Assembly (NCBI GenBank): GCA_032159235.1
Contig: JAVHWW010000075.1
Location: forward strand, 3,717 to 67,716
Direction: 5' to 3'
Origin: Acidobacteriota bacterium
GTDB taxonomy: Bacteria > Acidobacteriota > Blastocatellia > Pyrinomonadales > Pyrinomonadaceae
DNA: 64,000 nucleotides
This document shows, piece after piece, positions 61,801-64,000 of the stretch. The number at the start of each line of letters is the position of its first letter. The first letter of the stretch is position 1. The notes under the pieces are model-generated. The model saw only the letters and a list, made by a program, of their open reading frames with translations. It was not told where the DNA came from and did no database searches. The position numbers were made by a program, and so were the translations under genes.

Positions 61801-64000
61801 ATCGGAATAGAGCAGACGACCCGCGAGACGTTGGAAGAGATGCGCCTCTTCCGGGTCCATGCTGAGATGCTGCATCTCGACTTTCGACTGCGTCCAGGCC
61901 AGCCGCGCCTCGCGCTCAAATCTACTCGCGTCGTGATACTTGTCCGCGAGTTGAAGCGCCTCCTCATGCGAGCGCGCGACGGCGGTGGTGAAGGAGACGC
62001 GCGCAGTCTCATCCGGCTTGAGACGCACGCGCTGGCGAAGACAGAAGACAGGATCGAGCACCGTGCCGACAGTGTTCGAGAGCGGGCGGTCTTCCATCAC
62101 GGCGACAGGCGCGGCAGCGTCGTGGCCGCGTCCCAGAAATCGCCCGCGATCAGTTTCATACTGCACCGCTCCAACCGCCTCACCATCAGTCACGACTGTG
62201 TGCACGCCCCACACCGGCTCGTCCTTTTCCGAACGCTGGCGGCGATGCGCGATGAGCGAATTATCCGCAGCGACGAATTCCGTCTCGATGAAGAGATTGC
62301 TGAAGGCCGGATGCGCGGCGTCGGCTGCGGGAGGCGCGAGCACGACCTCCATGTAGCTCGTCAACTCGATCTCGCGCGTGCGCGACGATTGATTCGTGAC
62401 GGAGACGCGGCGCACCTCAGCATCATCTTCCGGCGAGACGATGATCTCTGTGTGCGTCAGGATTCCGGCATCCTCTCGCCAGAATTCAGCCTTGTCTTCA
62501 GATAAACTGACTTCGTATGAGCCGGGCTGATGCGCCGTCGGCTGGAAGCCCGCAGACCAGACCGCGCTCGTGCGGACATCGCGCAGGTAACAGAAGCTGC
62601 CCCAGTGATCGCGCGTCACGTCTTCGCGCCAGCGCGTGACGGCAAGTGGGCCACAGTTAGAATAACCAGCGCCTGCGGTCGTCACCATCACGGAGTAAGT
62701 TCCGTTGGAGAGAAGCTGGACACGCGGCGTCGGTAAATCAGCCGTGTCGAAGCGGCGTGTCACGGGTGCGACCACGCCGCGCACGACGCGACTCAGCAAG
62801 ACCTCTTCGGCGCGCGGTCGCGTGATGGCGACATTGACAGGGATGCGCTCTTGCAGCAGCAATTCCGTTGCCTGCACCAGAGGGTCTGCGTGAAAACGCT
62901 CCTGCATGATGTTGCCGTTGAGCACGTTGTCAATCGCCACCATGCTCATCCCCTGATGATGCGCCATGAAGGCTTGAATGATGACGCGCTTCTGATCCTG
63001 CGGCAGATGATCCGGCGTGTAATCAATCGCCTCGTAAAATCCATATCGTGCGAGTGCGCCCTCGCGTGCCAGCCGATCAAGATTCTCCTTCGCCGCCAGA
63101 GGGTCAATCATGCCCGCGAGCATCGTCGAATAAGGCGAGATGACGAGGTCTTGAATGAGGCCGCGTTTGAGTCCGAGACCGGGAACACCGAACGGGCCGT
63201 ATTGATAATTGAGATGCAGGTCGCGCGCGTTGTAAGCGGACTCACTGACGCCCCAGGGCACGCCGCGCTCGTCACCATATTCAATCTGACGTGCGACCAC
63301 GGCGCGGTAGGTTTCGCCCAGGAGCGTGTCATGAAAATCGCGCATCACCAGGAGAGGCATCAGGTACTCGAACATCGTCCCCGTCCATGAAACCAGCGCG
63401 CGGTGTCCGTCCACCGGAGTTAATTGACGCCCAAGACGAAACCAGTGTTCCTGCTGCACGTCGCCTTTGGCGATAGCGATGAAACTTGTCAGACGCGCTT
63501 CGGATGCGAGGAGATCGTAGTAAGAGTTGTCGCGCCGCCCTTCCGTGACGTTGTAGCCGATGGCGAAGACTTTGCGCTCGTCGTCGAGAAGGAAACGAAA
63601 GTCCATCTCGTTGAAGTATTGATCGCACTGCTGCACGAGACTACTCATCCGCGCCAGCACATTCTTCGCCGCCGTCGCCGCTTCTTCGATAGTGACGATC
63701 AACAGGCTCAAGCCGTTGAGCGCCGCTTCACGGTCGGGCATCGCTGCGAGCGAGCAAGTTTCAATCTCCGACTTCATCGCGTCGAGACGCTTTAATGCTT
63801 CATCGCACTCTTCAGGTATTTGCGCCAGAGCCGGAACGCTGTCGAGCGAGCTTGAGATGCGCTGCCACTCAGCGCTCACTTCCGGCGAGCAGCCTTTGAG
63901 GACGGGACTGAAATGCGCCGTCAACTTGCCGGCCCAGGGCGTGTGCGTGTTGAGGTCTCTGCGCACGGCGCGCGTTTGATGAAGCAGCGAGCGCACCCAG
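58822..64000 (-). CDS. GH94-type glucan phosphorylase/cyclic beta-1,2-glucan synthase (NdvB/Cgs-like) giant protein, 5'-partial
   Basis: Frame open to the window edge (over 1724 aa seen). C-terminal GH94 (GT36) catalytic-domain patterns (RFSDDLLWLP, GDWNDGMN, GGQYTHAA). The N-terminus lies outside the window. Confidence 0.85.
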   Translation of the reverse strand, partial: WVRSLLHQTRAVRRDLNTHTPWAGKLTAHFSPVLKGCSPEVSAEWQRISSSLDSVPALAQIPEECDEALKRLDAMKSEIETCSLAAMPDREAALNGLSLLIVTIEEAATAAKNVLARMSSLVQQCDQYFNEMDFRFLLDDERKVFAIGYNVTEGRRDNSYYDLLASEARLTSFIAIAKGDVQQEHWFRLGRQLTPVDGHRALVSWTGTMFEYLMPLLVMRDFHDTLLGETYRAVVARQIEYGDERGVPWGVSESAYNARDLHLNYQYGPFGVPGLGLKRGLIQDLVISPYSTMLAGMIDPLAAKENLDRLAREGALARYGFYEAIDYTPDHLPQDQKRVIIQAFMAHHQGMSMVAIDNVLNGNIMQERFHADPLVQATELLLQERIPVNVAITRPRAEEVLLSRVVRGVVAPVTRRFDTADLPTPRVQLLSNGTYSVMVTTAGAGYSNCGPLAVTRWREDVTRDHWGSFCYLRDVRTSAVWSAGFQPTAHQPGSYEVSLSEDKAEFWREDAGILTHTEIIVSPEDDAEVRRVSVTNQSSRTREIELTSYMEVVLAPPAADAAHPAFSNLFIETEFVAADNSLIAHRRQRSEKDEPVWGVHTVVTDGEAVGAVQYETDRGRFLGRGHDAAAPVAVMEDRPLSNTVGTVLDPVFCLRQRVRLKPDETARVSFTTAVARSHEEALQLADKYHDASRFEREARLAWTQSKVEMQHLSMDPEEAHLFQRLAGRLLYSDPSLRPRPHVLALNTKAQSSLWPYGISGDLPIVLVRIGQAEELDMVRQILRAHEYLRLKGLIFDLVILNDRPLSYIQELHDDIQTLIRKSGSHALLDKPGGVFLRRSDILPEADRILLHTVARIVIVTDRGSLEEQLVRRPAENDLPLPFIPRRPSRTYPEPTVEIPDLSFFNGLGGFNPEGREYVTVIGEGQWTPAPWLNVVANGHDFGFQVTETGAGYTWSVNSRENRLTPWSNDAVSDPPGEVIYLRDEETGTVWTPTPLPIREAGPYIIRHGQGYTVFERTSHGLAQELLQFVPLDAPVKISLLRLRNQTDRKRRLSITSYNELVLGVGRSTSAPFIITEVDETTGTITARNPYNNEFADRVAFVEMSESERTVTCDRKEFLGRNGSLASPAALRHAKLSGHAGAGLDPCAAMQSYVELAPGESRQIVILLGEGANIDEARTLAARFSQAAEVNQAFERVLSHWDELLSTIEVHTPDAAMDTLLNRWLLYQALACRVWSRSAFYQSGGAYGFRDQLQDVMALVYSKPDIAREQIVRAASRQFKEGDVQHWWHPPTGRGVRTRFSDDLLWLPYVADFYIEVTGDASVLDEVVPFIEAPLLAPDESESYTQPTVSTETASVYEHCARALDRSLAVGAHGLPLMGAGDWNDGMNRVGYLGKGESVWVGWFLHTTLGGFAQFSEARGETKRTTAYREHLTSLKKALEENGWDGDWYRRAYFDDGTPLGSAQNEECRIDSIVQSWGVISGAADKHRAARAMSAVEQYLIRRGDGLVILFNPPFDKGALDPGYIKGYVPGVRENGGQYTHAALWTLIAYASLGDGDRAGELFALLNPINHASTRAGLHKYKTEPYVAAGDVYAVPPHTGRGGWTWYTGSASWMYRAGLESILGFELRGESLRIEPCIPRSWRGYEMSYRRGRTRYNIKVENPSGISRGVAEVWLDDVQQPTFEIPLADDGKTHQVRIVLGEREPTPDNEEEARATQAQTLSGQAQ

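Noticed and set aside
1-64000. Scanned for tRNA/rRNA genes, transposases, integrases, phage genes and canonical defence or TA modules.
   Set aside because: No T-arm/GTTCRA-type tRNA signatures or rRNA-like stretches were noticed, and no product resembled a transposase, integrase or known defence protein. The lone Uma2 nuclease-fold gene (27112) has no partner genes. A scan by eye cannot exclude small RNAs.

Overview
This is a 64-kb chromosomal segment, roughly 55-60% GC by eye, with several visibly AT-richer islands. I call about 57 protein-coding genes. I found no rRNA, tRNA, CRISPR array, transposase, integrase or phage gene. The gene content suggests a free-living Gram-negative soil bacterium, possibly Acidobacteriota-like, but that taxonomic guess is inference only.

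Recognisable genes:
- Housekeeping: nadK, queF, a Klenow-like family-A DNA polymerase, pyruvate kinase, thiE, yacG.
- A + strand surface-polysaccharide locus at about 10.8-27 kb: sugar dehydrogenase, WecB epimerase, heparinase II/III-like protein, two AsnB-type amidotransferases, Wzx-like flippase, two glycosyltransferases and a methyltransferase.
- A TPR Ser/Thr kinase, a GH15 hydrolase, and a Lol-like ABC module with two LolA/LolB-like lipoproteins.
- A lactate-related pair (FAD oxidase and a LarA homolog), a CDF metal exporter, PilT, and the C-terminal 1.7 kaa of a GH94 NdvB-like giant protein that runs off the window.

The dominant unexplained signal is non-coding. Twenty-two long palindromic elements have arms built from tandem 7-nt or 8-nt units. 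They fall into eight unrelated unit-sequence families and are wedged exactly between stop and start codons. At least two families carry a conserved, oriented core. One element has a four-helix-bundle (23S-IVS/Avd family) gene in place of its loop.

Other items worth follow-up:
- An unannotated 51-aa SmtA-like metallothionein ORF.
- A 723-aa membrane protein with STT3/PglB-like motif spacing.
- A zinc-ribbon-anchored thioredoxin fold whose CxxC is lost.
- A glycosyltransferase whose conserved N-terminus has no canonical start codon.
- A roughly 100-nt multi-hairpin element between two lysine-rich small genes.

I recognise no canonical defence or toxin system. All functional calls rest on motif recognition by eye, not on searches.
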